Below are positions 50,497-61,112 of a stretch of DNA of 64,000 nucleotides, piece by piece; position 1 is the stretch's first letter; each line of letters starts with the position of its first letter. Source of the DNA: Alphaproteobacteria bacterium (lineage in GTDB: Bacteria > Pseudomonadota > Alphaproteobacteria > CAAGCB01 > CAG-977). A program made the translations under genes and the position numbers. The DNA lies in NCBI GenBank assembly GCA_017480385.1, contig JAFVAT010000028.1, forward strand, positions 69,936-133,935, written 5' to 3'. Below the pieces are notes generated by a model. The model searched no databases and was not told where the DNA came from. It was given only the letters and a program-made list of their open reading frames with translations.

Positions 50497-50954
50497 TATA
50501 TCATATAAAATAATCTAAAAATTTCAAATTATTTTTTAAATAATTACGCAAAAAAAATACTCAAATTATTTCAAATAATAACAAGCTCCATCTAATAATT
50601 AAAAACAAATTTAAAATCATTATTATTTATCCTGAGGCTGGCAAATAACTCTTCATATTTTTAAGATACAAAAATATACTAAAAAAATGAGCCCCATGCA
50701 AAGAAATTGACACCAATTCGTTTTTTATGATTATTTTTACATTTCAATCGCTTATGCTAAGCGTGATAAACTGCTTCGGAAATTAGAAAATATAGCACCA
50801 AAGCGTACTCAAACGACAAATAGGACAGTCCATAATCCTGAATGAGCTTTTCCGTAAAATTCTGTTGTGCGATATTTATTTTCAGACTTTTTGATTGACA
50901 AAACGTTTTTTATATAATTCCCCAGAAAAATCTGCATAGTGAAAGGTATAAGCG

Positions 50955-51740
50955 ATGATTTACAAAAGCGATTTTCCCATTTTAAACTTTGACGACAATA
51001 AAACCGCCAAAATATCCGTACAAATGTTTGAAGGCAAAAAATCCGTCGGTATAAAATACGGCGTCATCTGCTTTGATATGAACGCTCGCGAAAGGTTGGC
51101 GCGAAAATATCCGTCCAGAGTTATCGGAACAGTCGAAGGATGCGGCATAATGCCTTTGAACATATACGTTATCGACTTTAAAGGCACTGAAATCGTTCTG
51201 CACCAAGGGATTGCAGGCGGCCCTTGGGCTGCTTCGATAATGGAAGAGTTAGTCGCATTCGGGTGCAAAAGGGTCATTGCGGTTGGAGGCGCCGGCGTTT
51301 TAGAACCGGATATCGCGCGCGGACATTTAATTATTCCGACCAGCGCGGTTCGCCAAGAAGGCGCTTCTTATCATTATGTCGCTCCAAGTAAATATATTGA
51401 GCATTCACCGGAAGTTGTCGATAAAATGTGCGCCTATTTGAAAGAAAAAAAACTGCCTTTTGTTTGCGGGCGCACATGGACGACGGACGCCCTATTCCGT
51501 GAAACGCAGGATTTGATTGATTTACGGAAAAAAGAAGGCTGTGTCTGCGTCGAAATGGAAAACGCCGCATTCGGCGCGGTCGCCCAATTTTATAATATTA
51601 AATTTGGTCAAATTCTTTATGGCGGAGATTCCTTATGTGGCGATGTTTGGGACAAAAGAGATTGGGCAAATGAAGACATCAAAGAAAAAGCCCAGTCGGA
51701 ATTGTTGAATTTAGCCATGGAAATGGTGACCAGAATTTAA
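50955..51740 (+). CDS. PNP/UDP-family nucleoside phosphorylase/nucleosidase
   Basis: Family blocks GIAGGPWAASIMEEL, RVIAVGGAG, CVEMENAAFGAVA. SD AAAGG. Confidence 0.7.
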   Translation: MIYKSDFPILNFDDNKTAKISVQMFEGKKSVGIKYGVICFDMNARERLARKYPSRVIGTVEGCGIMPLNIYVIDFKGTEIVLHQGIAGGPWAASIMEELVAFGCKRVIAVGGAGVLEPDIARGHLIIPTSAVRQEGASYHYVAPSKYIEHSPEVVDKMCAYLKEKKLPFVCGRTWTTDALFRETQDLIDLRKKEGCVCVEMENAAFGAVAQFYNIKFGQILYGGDSLCGDVWDKRDWANEDIKEKAQSELLNLAMEMVTRI

Positions 51741-51758
51741 AAACCGACCTTTATCTTT

Positions 51759-52283
51759 TTACAGTTTCTTTGACAGATACAGGCAGGCTTCGTCGTCGTT
51801 GTTCATCGGCGCGTAAGGTTCGAGCTGTTTGTCTTTATACCACAAGCCGCTGCCGTCGGGGATATAGCCGCGTTTCACATACATTCGTTGGGCGCTGCCG
51901 TAATCCCTGTGCAGTCCGACACCCAGATATACCGTATCGGCATACTTGGAAGCGATTTGTTCCGCCGCGTCCATCAGCTTTGTGCCGATGCCCTTTCCGC
52001 GGTACTTTTCCAAAACGCCGAAGTCGATGATTTCGGCATATCCCCTGCCCCCTAAAGCGCCCCACTGTGAATCGGGATACACATTCACATAGCCGGCGAC
52101 ATTGCCCTGATATTCCGCGGCTAAAGAAATGCATTTTCCGTCTTTTTGGTCTTTCAAACGGTTCAGGTACTTGTCCACTTTTTGATTGACCCAGCCCTGC
52201 GCGATTTCTTCGTCCGTAATGATCTGCGCATCGCTTTCGTCAAAATCTCTGATAATGATATTCTCCGATTGAAAATACATCAT
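51759..52283 (-). CDS. GNAT family N-acetyltransferase
   Basis: Acetyl-CoA binding block LEKYRGKGIGTKLM. Start at MMYFQSEN (ATGA coupling with the upstream GNAT) is preferred over the ORF-track start. Confidence 0.65.
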   Translation of the reverse strand: MMYFQSENIIIRDFDESDAQIITDEEIAQGWVNQKVDKYLNRLKDQKDGKCISLAAEYQGNVAGYVNVYPDSQWGALGGRGYAEIIDFGVLEKYRGKGIGTKLMDAAEQIASKYADTVYLGVGLHRDYGSAQRMYVKRGYIPDGSGLWYKDKQLEPYAPMNNDDEACLYLSKKL

Positions 52284-52843
52284 ATTCCGCCCTCCGTTAA
52301 ATCCGATTTCAGTTTTGAAAACATGTTCGTGTCCCTGAAACGCCCCTGTTTTTCCGAATAGCGTTCCTGCCGCAGGACGCCTTCGTGAATATAGCCGCAT
52401 TTTTGAGCGACATTGGCAGATCTGACATTCAGAACGTCCGTCTGAATGATAATGCGGTTAAAGTCGTTTTCAAACAATTCTTTTTCGATTAAAGAAACGG
52501 CCTCCCGCATAAAGCCCCGTCCTGAAAAATCCGTATCCAGCCAGTAGCCTATTTCCGCACGCTTATGCTGTATGGAAATATTGGTCACGCTGATCAGGCC
52601 AATGAATTTATTTTGAAAAAAAATCGCATAGACAAACTGTTTTTGATCATTCCAATCCTGATTGGCCGCTTCCAGAAAACGGAACGTATCTTCCGCCGAA
52701 ATTGTCGAATCAACCCAATCAAGCCACGGAGAAAAATCTTTCCGGCACCTATCCATGGAAGAAAAAACGATTTGCGCCGTCTGTTCATTTAACAACGGTC
52801 GTTGAAGCGTTATTCTTTGTCCGAGTATTTTTTCTTTCAGCAT
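52280..52843 (-). CDS. GNAT family N-acetyltransferase (RimJ/RimL-like)
   Basis: WLDTDFSGRGFMREAV and NVRSANVAQKCGY blocks. Confidence 0.7.
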   Translation of the reverse strand: MLKEKILGQRITLQRPLLNEQTAQIVFSSMDRCRKDFSPWLDWVDSTISAEDTFRFLEAANQDWNDQKQFVYAIFFQNKFIGLISVTNISIQHKRAEIGYWLDTDFSGRGFMREAVSLIEKELFENDFNRIIIQTDVLNVRSANVAQKCGYIHEGVLRQERYSEKQGRFRDTNMFSKLKSDLTEGGI

Positions 52844-52859
52844 TTTATCCTCCCGCCTT

Positions 52860-54446
52860 TTATTTTTGAGCGCCGTATCTTTTCAGCAACGCCGCGATTT
52901 CAGCGTTTTTCGCTTTGGCCAGAGCCGTTTCGCCCTTATCGTCTTTGGCGTTGATTGTCTTGACCGCCCCGCCCTGCAGCAACAGTTCCGCGCATTCGGC
53001 ATACCCGTTCAGCGCCGTTACCATTAATGGCGTCATTCCCTTTGCGTCCGGTATGTTCGGATCGGCGCCGCGTTCCAACAGAGCTTTGACGCTTTTGATT
53101 TGATTGGACATCACCGAATAAAACAAAGCCGTCCGCCCGAACTTTTCCCGTGCGTTTATTTTAGCGCCGGTGTTGACCAGAAGCGCAACGGCTTCCGGAC
53201 TGCCGCGCTGAATCATCAAAGGCGTCATTCCTTTGTTGTCCGTCACATTCGGATCCGCCCCATGCTTCAGCAAAAGTTCGATGCTTTTCACCTGAACCGG
53301 ATACGTTGATTTCATCAGAGCCGTCCTGCCCTGATTGTCGCGCAGGTTCGGATCGGCGCCCGTTTCCAGCAGCTGTTTCAGCTCCTCCGGTTTAGTAAAA
53401 GCCAAAGACAACGCCGGAACGCCGTCTTTATTTTTAACATTCATATTGACGTTTGTTTTTTTCAGTATTTCGACCGTTTCGGCCAAAGCCGGCAAATTGT
53501 ATTTTTTCATGCGGACCAGCGCTTTGGTCAGCGCGTTTTCGCCGTTCCGATTGATGGTATTGACATCGGCGCCGCGATTGACCAGCACACGCACAACGGC
53601 GGGGTTGTCAACCGCCTGCATCAAAGCCGTTTCCCCGTTTTTATCCGCCGCATTCACATCGGCGCCGTATTGCAGAAGCAACTCAATCATTTCAGGAGAT
53701 TGAGCGAAAGAAGCGATCATTAAAGGCGTCCTTTCATCAAAGCCGCTTTTCGTGTTGATATAAGCGACGGCTCCCTTGTCCAGCAGGAATTTTACCACCC
53801 GAATGTCTTTATTCGTTACGGCGGACGACACCACCGTTTCACCGAAATTGTTTTTAGTCCGGATATCCGCCCCGAGCGCCAAAAGTGTTTCCGCCGTTTC
53901 TAAATCAATGTAATGCGCCGATTTTTTCAAAAGCGTTTCGCCGTATTCGTCGCGGGCGTTGATGTCCGCCCCGTTTTTAATCAGCAGTTTCACCGCGGAA
54001 ACAGGCTTTACGATTTGATATTTGACAAGCAAATTACGATCCGCTTTCACGCCGGCATCAAACAGGATTTGCATCATTTCTTCGTTTGGAAAAGCAGACA
54101 TCAAAACGCTTTTTCCGTCCGGTGATACATAGTTCGGATCGGCGCCCTTTTCGATCATCAACCGGATAATTGACGGATCCTTTTTCAACAGGATCGCCGT
54201 CATCAAGGGCGTTTTCCCCATGGGATCGACACGGTTCAAATCGGCTCCCTTTTCGATTTCCTTTTGAACTGCGGCAATATCGGCTTGCCGCCACCAAAAC
54301 GGGGAACAGAAATTCCCCGCATTCCCGCAGATCATCTTTTCAAACGCCAACATTTGAACAAGCTCGACTTTCTGCGCCCGAACACGGGGAACCATTATGA
54401 AAAAAGGAACAAAAAAAACGATAACCAAAAAAGATTTTTTCATCAT
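52860..54446 (-). CDS. exported ankyrin-repeat protein (about 13 ANK repeats)
   Basis: Signal peptide MMKKSFLVIVFFVPFFIMVPRVRA. Repeated G-x-TPLM-x-A...GADxN modules. The ORF-track start is a TTG; the ATG at 54444-54446 is preferred. Confidence 0.8.
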   Translation of the reverse strand: MMKKSFLVIVFFVPFFIMVPRVRAQKVELVQMLAFEKMICGNAGNFCSPFWWRQADIAAVQKEIEKGADLNRVDPMGKTPLMTAILLKKDPSIIRLMIEKGADPNYVSPDGKSVLMSAFPNEEMMQILFDAGVKADRNLLVKYQIVKPVSAVKLLIKNGADINARDEYGETLLKKSAHYIDLETAETLLALGADIRTKNNFGETVVSSAVTNKDIRVVKFLLDKGAVAYINTKSGFDERTPLMIASFAQSPEMIELLLQYGADVNAADKNGETALMQAVDNPAVVRVLVNRGADVNTINRNGENALTKALVRMKKYNLPALAETVEILKKTNVNMNVKNKDGVPALSLAFTKPEELKQLLETGADPNLRDNQGRTALMKSTYPVQVKSIELLLKHGADPNVTDNKGMTPLMIQRGSPEAVALLVNTGAKINAREKFGRTALFYSVMSNQIKSVKALLERGADPNIPDAKGMTPLMVTALNGYAECAELLLQGGAVKTINAKDDKGETALAKAKNAEIAALLKRYGAQK

Positions 54447-54618
54447 ACGGTTCTTCAACTTTCATTTCCCCAAAACGGACGGGTTATGGTTTCTGACGGT
54501 TTTATTACAGATAGAAAATGCGCTTTAAGTGCCTGTCTTCTTTATGATAGACTAATATAGTTTTTAGTAAATACCGGATTTAAAATATGCTCCTTAATAC
54601 TTTATTGTCTTTCTTGCC

Positions 54619-55188
54619 TTGACCGTCGGTTTTGGGGCTTTTCTTGTAACGATTTATTTTTCCCTTTCTTATATTTGTTCGGGCTTTGGAAAATACCCGC
54701 CTTTTCTTTGCTCTCTGGGTTCTGCAAAAAAGACGGTTATTGAGGAGGCCGAAAAATTATTAAAACAAATGCAGGCCCCGATCAAAGTTGTTGATTTAGG
54801 CTGCGGCAGCGGCAGCTTATTAATTCCTTTGGCCCAAAAATTTCCTCAGCATCATTTTATCGGATATGATTGGGACAAAGTTCCTTATTTCATTGCTAAA
54901 TTCCGCTCAAGAAAAATCCCGAACATTCAGTTGTTCAACCGCAATTTCATGAAAGAAAATTACAGTGACGTGCAGCTGATCGTATGCTATATCGGTCCGT
55001 CGCTGAAGATCCCTTTAGGCAAAAAACTGTACGAAGAACTGCCGGAGGGAGCTTTTGTTGTTTCCGAAACATTCGAGCTTGATTTTTTATCTCTGCAGGA
55101 AGTGATACAGGCCAACACACTGAAAATTCCTACAAAAGTATTCCTATATCAAAAAAAGAAATCGAACATTGACAGTAAAGCCGTTTAG
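54619..55188 (+). CDS. class I SAM-dependent methyltransferase (small)
   Basis: Motif I VVDLGCGSGSL; start uncertain. Confidence 0.55.
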   Translation: MTVGFGAFLVTIYFSLSYICSGFGKYPPFLCSLGSAKKTVIEEAEKLLKQMQAPIKVVDLGCGSGSLLIPLAQKFPQHHFIGYDWDKVPYFIAKFRSRKIPNIQLFNRNFMKENYSDVQLIVCYIGPSLKIPLGKKLYEELPEGAFVVSETFELDFLSLQEVIQANTLKIPTKVFLYQKKKSNIDSKAV

Positions 55189-55417
55189 TGAAGAGCGTTT
55201 CGCATATTGGACAAATTTGATATTTTTCCATTGATATCTTGAAAAAAACCGCTTTGTTACAGAATAATCCTGATATTGATCAATGCACTGTCCCCTGAAA
55301 TGAGATGGTTATTTTTAATGTCGGAAAATTCCCTCTTCTCTGCCGGATTGACTTATTCCGCGGCTTTTTCATATAATACATTGCTGTTTTTTTTAACGAT
55401 TATTTTCGAGGCTTAAT

Positions 55418-55969
55418 ATGGATTTATACGATTTCACGGTTAAGGATATTAAAGGAAATGAACAAAGACTGGATCAATACAGAGGAAAAGTCCTGTTAAT
55501 TGTTAATACGGCAACGGAATGCGGCTTTACGCCCCAATATGAAAATCTGCAAAACTTGTATGACAAATATCATCAGGACGGATTTGAGATTTTGGATTTT
55601 CCGTGCAATCAGTTCGGGCATCAGGCCCCCGGAACAGAACAGGAAATCGCGTCCTTCTGCACTGTTCGGTTTGGCGTAACTTTTCCGCAGTTTTCAAAAA
55701 TTGATGTCAATGGAGAAAACCAAAGCCCCTTGTTTGCTTATTTAAAACAGCAGCAAGGCTTCAAAGGCTTCGACACAACGACACAGGCCGACCGCTTTAT
55801 GGACGAAATGATGTCCCGCGCCGATCCTGATTATGCCAAAAAAAGCGATATAAAATGGAACTTTACCAAATTTCTGATTGATAAAGAGGGCCATGTTGTC
55901 AACCGCTTTGAACCTATGGAAGCCCTGTCCGTTGTTGAAGACAACGTTGTTTTATGCTTAAAGGGATAA
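55418..55969 (+). CDS. gpx: glutathione peroxidase (Cys-type)
   Basis: LIVNTATECGFTPQY active-site block and FPCNQFG motif. Confidence 0.85.
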   Translation: MDLYDFTVKDIKGNEQRLDQYRGKVLLIVNTATECGFTPQYENLQNLYDKYHQDGFEILDFPCNQFGHQAPGTEQEIASFCTVRFGVTFPQFSKIDVNGENQSPLFAYLKQQQGFKGFDTTTQADRFMDEMMSRADPDYAKKSDIKWNFTKFLIDKEGHVVNRFEPMEALSVVEDNVVLCLKG

Positions 55970-56206
55970 GATTTTCTTTGCCGTCCTAATTTTACGGTCT
56001 TGCCCGGTTCGGCAGAAATATCCGCAAAGAAAAGAGCTTTTGAGCTTTTTATGTACGGCTCTGAAGCCCGCTTTTGCCCTTTTTTATCAGAGCTCATTCC
56101 TTCCTTTTTTCAAAAATTAAAACGCCGGAACTCTTTATTCATCGCCGGAAAAGCCCTCTTTTTAATTGTCAGTCGCCACCCAGACCGGCTTCAGAAGAGG
56201 ACATAC

Positions 56207-57316
56207 TTAGTGCTTTTCTTCAAAATAGCTTCCGATTTCTTTCATTCTGGCCATTTGTTTAACATGAAAGGGGCAGCGGCGTTCACAATGACCGCAGGAA
56301 ATGCAGGCATCTGCATGGACCGACAGGTTTCTGTAGTGTCCCGCAGCCATTTCATCACCGATTTGGGCCAAATCGTAATACTTATTCACCAAACCGATAT
56401 CAATCCCTTTCGGACAGGGAGTGCAATGATTGCAGTAGACACATCGACCGCTTTTTTCATCGGGAACAGCCGTTCCTAAAATGGAATAGTCTTTTTCCTC
56501 AGCCGTCGCATCATAAAAACGAAGAACCTCTTTAACATGTTCCGTGCTCCCCACTCCGGGCAGGCAACAAATCACGCCCGGCTTGTCCAAAGCGTATTGC
56601 AGACACTGCGTTTTGCTGAGCTCTATGCCTAACGGGGAACGTTTTTTATCCAAAAGCTGACCGCCGGCAAAGGGCTTCATCACTGTAATGCCGACGCCCT
56701 GCTTTTCCGCTTCCCGATAAAGGGCCATGCGTTCGGCGGCATTTCCCGTTTCGCCGTACCCCTCCCCCGTATAATCGTAAACAGGATTGATGCTGTACAT
56801 AAACAGGTCAACCTGTCCTGTTTTCAAAAGCTCCCGCGCAATGGCGACCGTATGACTTGAAAATCCCAAATGACGGATTATCCCCTGTTCTTTCAAAGCG
56901 CACATATGGTCCCAAATGCCGCCCCTGCGCATCATCAAACGCAGATCGTCCCATTCGTCAATACAATGCACATACCCGAAATCCGTATACTCTAATCCGG
57001 AAGCCTCCAATACGGTATCAAAGGATTTTTTGACAATATCTTCATTCCGGCTGAACTCGTATTCCCCTTTCGGATAAGCCGCCCCAAAATGCATTTGCGT
57101 ATAAATTCTGTCCCGCCTGCCCCGAACCGCATTACCGAAAGCTTTGTAAGTCCCGACCGTCCCGCAGCACAAATCAAAAAAGTTAATGCCGTTCTCCGCA
57201 GCATATCGCACGGTTTCCTCAACAACGCCCTCTGCACAAGTATGAATATTTCCCAATCCCAGCCCGATCGTGCTGATCATTTCTGTACCATGCGGCAGCT
57301 TTTTATACTCAACCAT
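56207..57316 (-). CDS. aldo/keto reductase fused to C-terminal 4Fe-4S ferredoxin domain
   Basis: AKR core plus CxxCxxCxxxCP (CVYCNHCTPCP) and CISCGHCERRCP. Confidence 0.75.
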   Translation of the reverse strand: MVEYKKLPHGTEMISTIGLGLGNIHTCAEGVVEETVRYAAENGINFFDLCCGTVGTYKAFGNAVRGRRDRIYTQMHFGAAYPKGEYEFSRNEDIVKKSFDTVLEASGLEYTDFGYVHCIDEWDDLRLMMRRGGIWDHMCALKEQGIIRHLGFSSHTVAIARELLKTGQVDLFMYSINPVYDYTGEGYGETGNAAERMALYREAEKQGVGITVMKPFAGGQLLDKKRSPLGIELSKTQCLQYALDKPGVICCLPGVGSTEHVKEVLRFYDATAEEKDYSILGTAVPDEKSGRCVYCNHCTPCPKGIDIGLVNKYYDLAQIGDEMAAGHYRNLSVHADACISCGHCERRCPFHVKQMARMKEIGSYFEEKH

Positions 57317-57527
57317 TTCCGATCCTTCTTTATAAAACAGCAGCATATTTCCATGAATACTGCACCCTCTTTATCATTAAAGTCAACTTTAAATTTAGGA
57401 TTAGGAAAAAGGGCTTGTTTCTTTGTTTTTCATACATTATTCTCTCTCCCTTTCGCGTTTACAAATATTGCCGAACATGCTAGATATTAATTACGCCTTC
57501 AACTTTTGAATAACAGAGGAGAATGCA

Positions 57528-58844
57528 ATGGCCCGTTTTGTTGTTTTTGGCCTCGGCATGGTGGGACGTTCTTTTTTAAGATTGGCATATGAAAATGCTT
57601 TGGTCAGTCCGGAAAATTGGTTTGCTGTAGAAAAAAATACGGACTTTATTGCTTTTTTTAAAAAATATAACGGGCTGGAAGCAAATTATATAATAGCCGA
57701 TGTTAATCATGAAAATTACCGGCATGTTTTTTCATTTTTGAATGAAGGCGATTATTTGTTGGATTTCAGCTCTTTTCCGGGGAATACGGATCTTTTGTCC
57801 TTCTGCATGGAAAAAGGCATTCATTATCTGTCCACCTGCAGCCTGCCTTTGGAAAAAGACGGGCAGTCTCTTCCCGATCACCATGATTTTATCCTGTATA
57901 AGGAATTAAAAAAGAAGCCTCTGCTGAGCAAAGCGACTTCGATTATTGAATTCGGCATGAATCCCGGCATGGTATCCTGCTTTTTAAAACAGGGCCTTAA
58001 AGCCATTGCCGCAAAAGACGATACTCCTTTCGTTGCGGCTCATCGCGATGAACTGCAGGAACTGATCAAAAACGGCCAATATGCTCTTGCCGCGCAAAAG
58101 CTGGGCGTGGAGGTCGTCCATATTTCCGACACAGATACGACACAAGTCAATTTTCAAAGCGCTCCGGATACGATTTATTCAACATGGAACCCCGAAGCCT
58201 TTCGCGAGGAAAGCACGAATTTCAGCGAAATTTCATTGGGCAGCGATACGGCTGTTGAAACATTCGGTCCGCGCATTAAGGAATATGACGCCTCCGACGG
58301 TTATTTGCGGCTGAAGGATTCGGCGGCGATCATCAAAGATCAGTCTGTTTCGCCGTGGGGAAGCTTTACCGGTCATATTGTCCCGCATGAAGAAATTTAT
58401 ACAATCGCAGATTTTCTTTCTGTCCGCAAAGATGACCGGCTGATTTATAAGCCCTCTGTTTATTTTGTATACAAAGCCTGTGATATTGCGCGCCAAAGCC
58501 TGTCAAATAATTCAAAAAACGTTCGGGAGCATTTGATTTCCTCTGACGAAATCTCTGCGGGCGGAGAAGCCGTCGGCATTGTTTTGGACGGAAAGAACTT
58601 TAAAACGCGTTACTTCGGCAACAGGCTGGAAATTCCTATCAAAGAAGATACGCCGACAATTTTGCAGGTATCCGCTTCAGCCTATGCCGCGTTCCGCTAT
58701 ATGCTGGACAATCCTTCCCTGGGATTTTTGTTTCCGGAAGAATTGGACGATGAAAAGCTGCTGGAATATGCCAGACCCTATCTGAAAGAATACGTGACTT
58801 TTACCTGTCCTCCCCTTGAACGGCATTTCAAAAAAGCGCGCTAA
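57528..58844 (+). CDS. saccharopine-dehydrogenase-like NAD(P)-binding oxidoreductase (homospermidine synthase / carboxynorspermidine dehydrogenase-like)
   Basis: Rossmann N-terminus FVVFGLGMVGRSF; length 438 aa; SD AGAGGAG. Confidence 0.5.
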   Translation: MARFVVFGLGMVGRSFLRLAYENALVSPENWFAVEKNTDFIAFFKKYNGLEANYIIADVNHENYRHVFSFLNEGDYLLDFSSFPGNTDLLSFCMEKGIHYLSTCSLPLEKDGQSLPDHHDFILYKELKKKPLLSKATSIIEFGMNPGMVSCFLKQGLKAIAAKDDTPFVAAHRDELQELIKNGQYALAAQKLGVEVVHISDTDTTQVNFQSAPDTIYSTWNPEAFREESTNFSEISLGSDTAVETFGPRIKEYDASDGYLRLKDSAAIIKDQSVSPWGSFTGHIVPHEEIYTIADFLSVRKDDRLIYKPSVYFVYKACDIARQSLSNNSKNVREHLISSDEISAGGEAVGIVLDGKNFKTRYFGNRLEIPIKEDTPTILQVSASAYAAFRYMLDNPSLGFLFPEELDDEKLLEYARPYLKEYVTFTCPPLERHFKKAR

Positions 58845-58847
58845 AAA

Positions 58848-59447
58848 ATGAACGGCGGTTTAGTATTATTGGAAGACCCGCATTTTATTATCGACATAAT
58901 GTATGCGCGTAAAAACAACATGTCGGGTCAGGCCGTTTACAAAGACGTCGGATACGGGAACAACGCTTATATGCGTCCGCAGATGAAACAGGCGCTGCTG
59001 TCCTTAATTCCCGTTCTGGAAGAAAACCGTTTAAAAATGCGGGTGTGTGACGCTTATCGTCCTCCCGCCGCACACCGGCGGTTATTGGAAATCATTCCCG
59101 TAGAGGGATTTTTTGCCAAAGATTATAACCTTTCCAACCACTGTCACGGCACGGCTGTCGATGTTTGTTTGACAGATTTGGAAGGCAATAATCTGGATTA
59201 TCCGACAGAAATAGACGCCTATGACGAACGTTTCCGCCAACAGATTCTGCAGAAACAGTTCAGCGAATTTTTTGAACACCTGAAAAAAGCCCGCCATGAC
59301 TATGCCGGAGCCAGCCCGAAACAGATAAAGAACCGCGAATTTCTGAAGAACTTAATGGAAACGCACGGTTTTGAAGCCATTCCCCACGAATGGTGGCACT
59401 ATAATTTGGCCGGCTGGAGGAATTATCCCGTCATTAAATGGGATTGA
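58848..59447 (+). CDS. M15-family D-alanyl-D-alanine dipeptidase (DdpX/VanX-like)
   Basis: CDAYRPPAAH, SNHCHGTAVDVCL (SxHxxGxAxD) and EWWHY blocks match DdpX. Confidence 0.75.
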   Translation: MNGGLVLLEDPHFIIDIMYARKNNMSGQAVYKDVGYGNNAYMRPQMKQALLSLIPVLEENRLKMRVCDAYRPPAAHRRLLEIIPVEGFFAKDYNLSNHCHGTAVDVCLTDLEGNNLDYPTEIDAYDERFRQQILQKQFSEFFEHLKKARHDYAGASPKQIKNREFLKNLMETHGFEAIPHEWWHYNLAGWRNYPVIKWD

Positions 59448-59624
59448 CCCGAACCGTTTTCCGCGTTACTCTGAATAAAGAAGCGTCGGTTTGCGCTTGC
59501 TGCCTGCCTTTAGCTGACCCGGACGGGAAAACCAAATTTTTTATATTTTTGCGTCAGAACTCTTTAACAGGGAATTTTTGACAGGCAGGCATCAAAATAT
59601 TTATTCCCGCTAAGGAGCTGCGCC

Positions 59625-60965
59625 ATGACTGATACTTCTCTTTCCTTAACGGTCGAAACCATTGAAACTTTGTTTAAACAGGGCAAATGTTTGACCTTTA
59701 ATCCCTTGCTTCCATTGCCGGCCTATAAATTTGCGCGCAGACTGCAAGACCGCTTTGAAGCGGAAAACCATATCAAACACTCACAAATCCTGTCAAAAAC
59801 GGCTTGCTTATGCCCTGACGGCGGATATACGCCGGACTTTCATTACTTTTCAAACGGGGTTTTGCTGCACCGCTTCTTTCACGAACAGGAAAAAGCCGAC
59901 GGCCTAAAACGTATTGAAACTTTCTTAGCCCTGCACGGTTATAAAATAACGCGGACTTACGGCCCCGGAAACGCTTTTGATCCGGAATATGACGCTTTTC
60001 TGCGCGAAATTTCTCAAACCGCCTGTCAAAAATATCCATATCAGGAGGATTTGTATATCGAAGCTTTGCCGGATAAGGAAACGTTTATCAATCACTGTTT
60101 TGAAAACGGCAATGTACTGCTGAACGCCTGCAGGACGGAGGCTCTGCCGCCGGAAAGCCGGCAATATATGGCGTTGTTTTCAAACGGATTCCTCTTCGTT
60201 TCGGAGGAATACAAAGACATCACGGGAATCAATGATCCGAAAAAGCTGTACGATTTCAAACGGACCGTCAGGAACAGATTCATCTTCTTACAGCGCCGGC
60301 ATATTCCGCAAAGCTATCTGGACGGGCTTTATAAAAGGGCCGAACAATATGAATGGTTCTTATCGGAAACAGAGGCCTTGCGCTGCCAGCCCGAAAAGAA
60401 ACAGCTGACGTCCGCTGAAAAAGAAAAAATGAATGATTTTATAGAAAATTTACTTTCCGACCGAACCTGCGTCAGTGTCACTATTCCCGATCCGGCAGAT
60501 GAATTTATATCTCCGGAGCGTGAAAATTTTGCTTTATTTTCTGACGGCACGCTTGTTCTGGACAGCTCCAAACAAGCCGTTGCGGACATTTTTTGCAAAC
60601 ATTTGCAGAAGCCCTTTCCGCAAATGACCTTTTCGCCGCAGTTCGTACCGAAATACTACGTTCCCGAAATTTACCGGCGCTTGCTCGACCGGCAAAAAAG
60701 CGCGCGGCAGATTTACTTGGAAATGCTGAAACAAAAGGCTAAAAAGCTGAAAAAGAAATTAAGCATTCCTCACCATGAAGCTTTGGAATTGACCGCTAAA
60801 ATGACCGGCTGGGCAAACTGGAAAGCGGCAACCGTCATCGAAGAAGAACAGGCCCGCCATGTGATCTGCGCGGAACAAATCAAGAAAAAAATGGCCGAAA
60901 GACAAGGCTGGCAGGATCCGGTCGAATGGGAATATCAAAACTATTTGAAGAAAAAAGCAGACTGA
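59625..60965 (+). CDS. hypothetical protein (446 aa) with an internal duplicated segment
   Basis: SD AAGGAG. Internal repeat ALFSNGFLFVSEEYKD / ALFSDGTLVLDSSKQ. Confidence 0.45.
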   Translation: MTDTSLSLTVETIETLFKQGKCLTFNPLLPLPAYKFARRLQDRFEAENHIKHSQILSKTACLCPDGGYTPDFHYFSNGVLLHRFFHEQEKADGLKRIETFLALHGYKITRTYGPGNAFDPEYDAFLREISQTACQKYPYQEDLYIEALPDKETFINHCFENGNVLLNACRTEALPPESRQYMALFSNGFLFVSEEYKDITGINDPKKLYDFKRTVRNRFIFLQRRHIPQSYLDGLYKRAEQYEWFLSETEALRCQPEKKQLTSAEKEKMNDFIENLLSDRTCVSVTIPDPADEFISPERENFALFSDGTLVLDSSKQAVADIFCKHLQKPFPQMTFSPQFVPKYYVPEIYRRLLDRQKSARQIYLEMLKQKAKKLKKKLSIPHHEALELTAKMTGWANWKAATVIEEEQARHVICAEQIKKKMAERQGWQDPVEWEYQNYLKKKAD

Positions 60966-61112
60966 CGTTTTATCTGGTGTTTTCAGGGAAGCCTGCCTTT
61001 GGGCTTCCCTTCTTTTTTACCGATTAAATTAAAACAAAAATCCTTTGGAAACAAATCCGTTTTAAGATACATTACTTCATTATTGCCTTTCAGAAAAGCG
61101 AGGAACCAGCCC

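Noticed and set aside
54619-54770. N-terminal 50 aa of the small SAM-MTase ORF (hydrophobic) as a TM anchor
   Set aside because: It could equally be mis-started upstream translation; an alternative ATG (MQAPIKVV) lies directly before motif I. Left unresolved, with the ORF-track coordinates kept.
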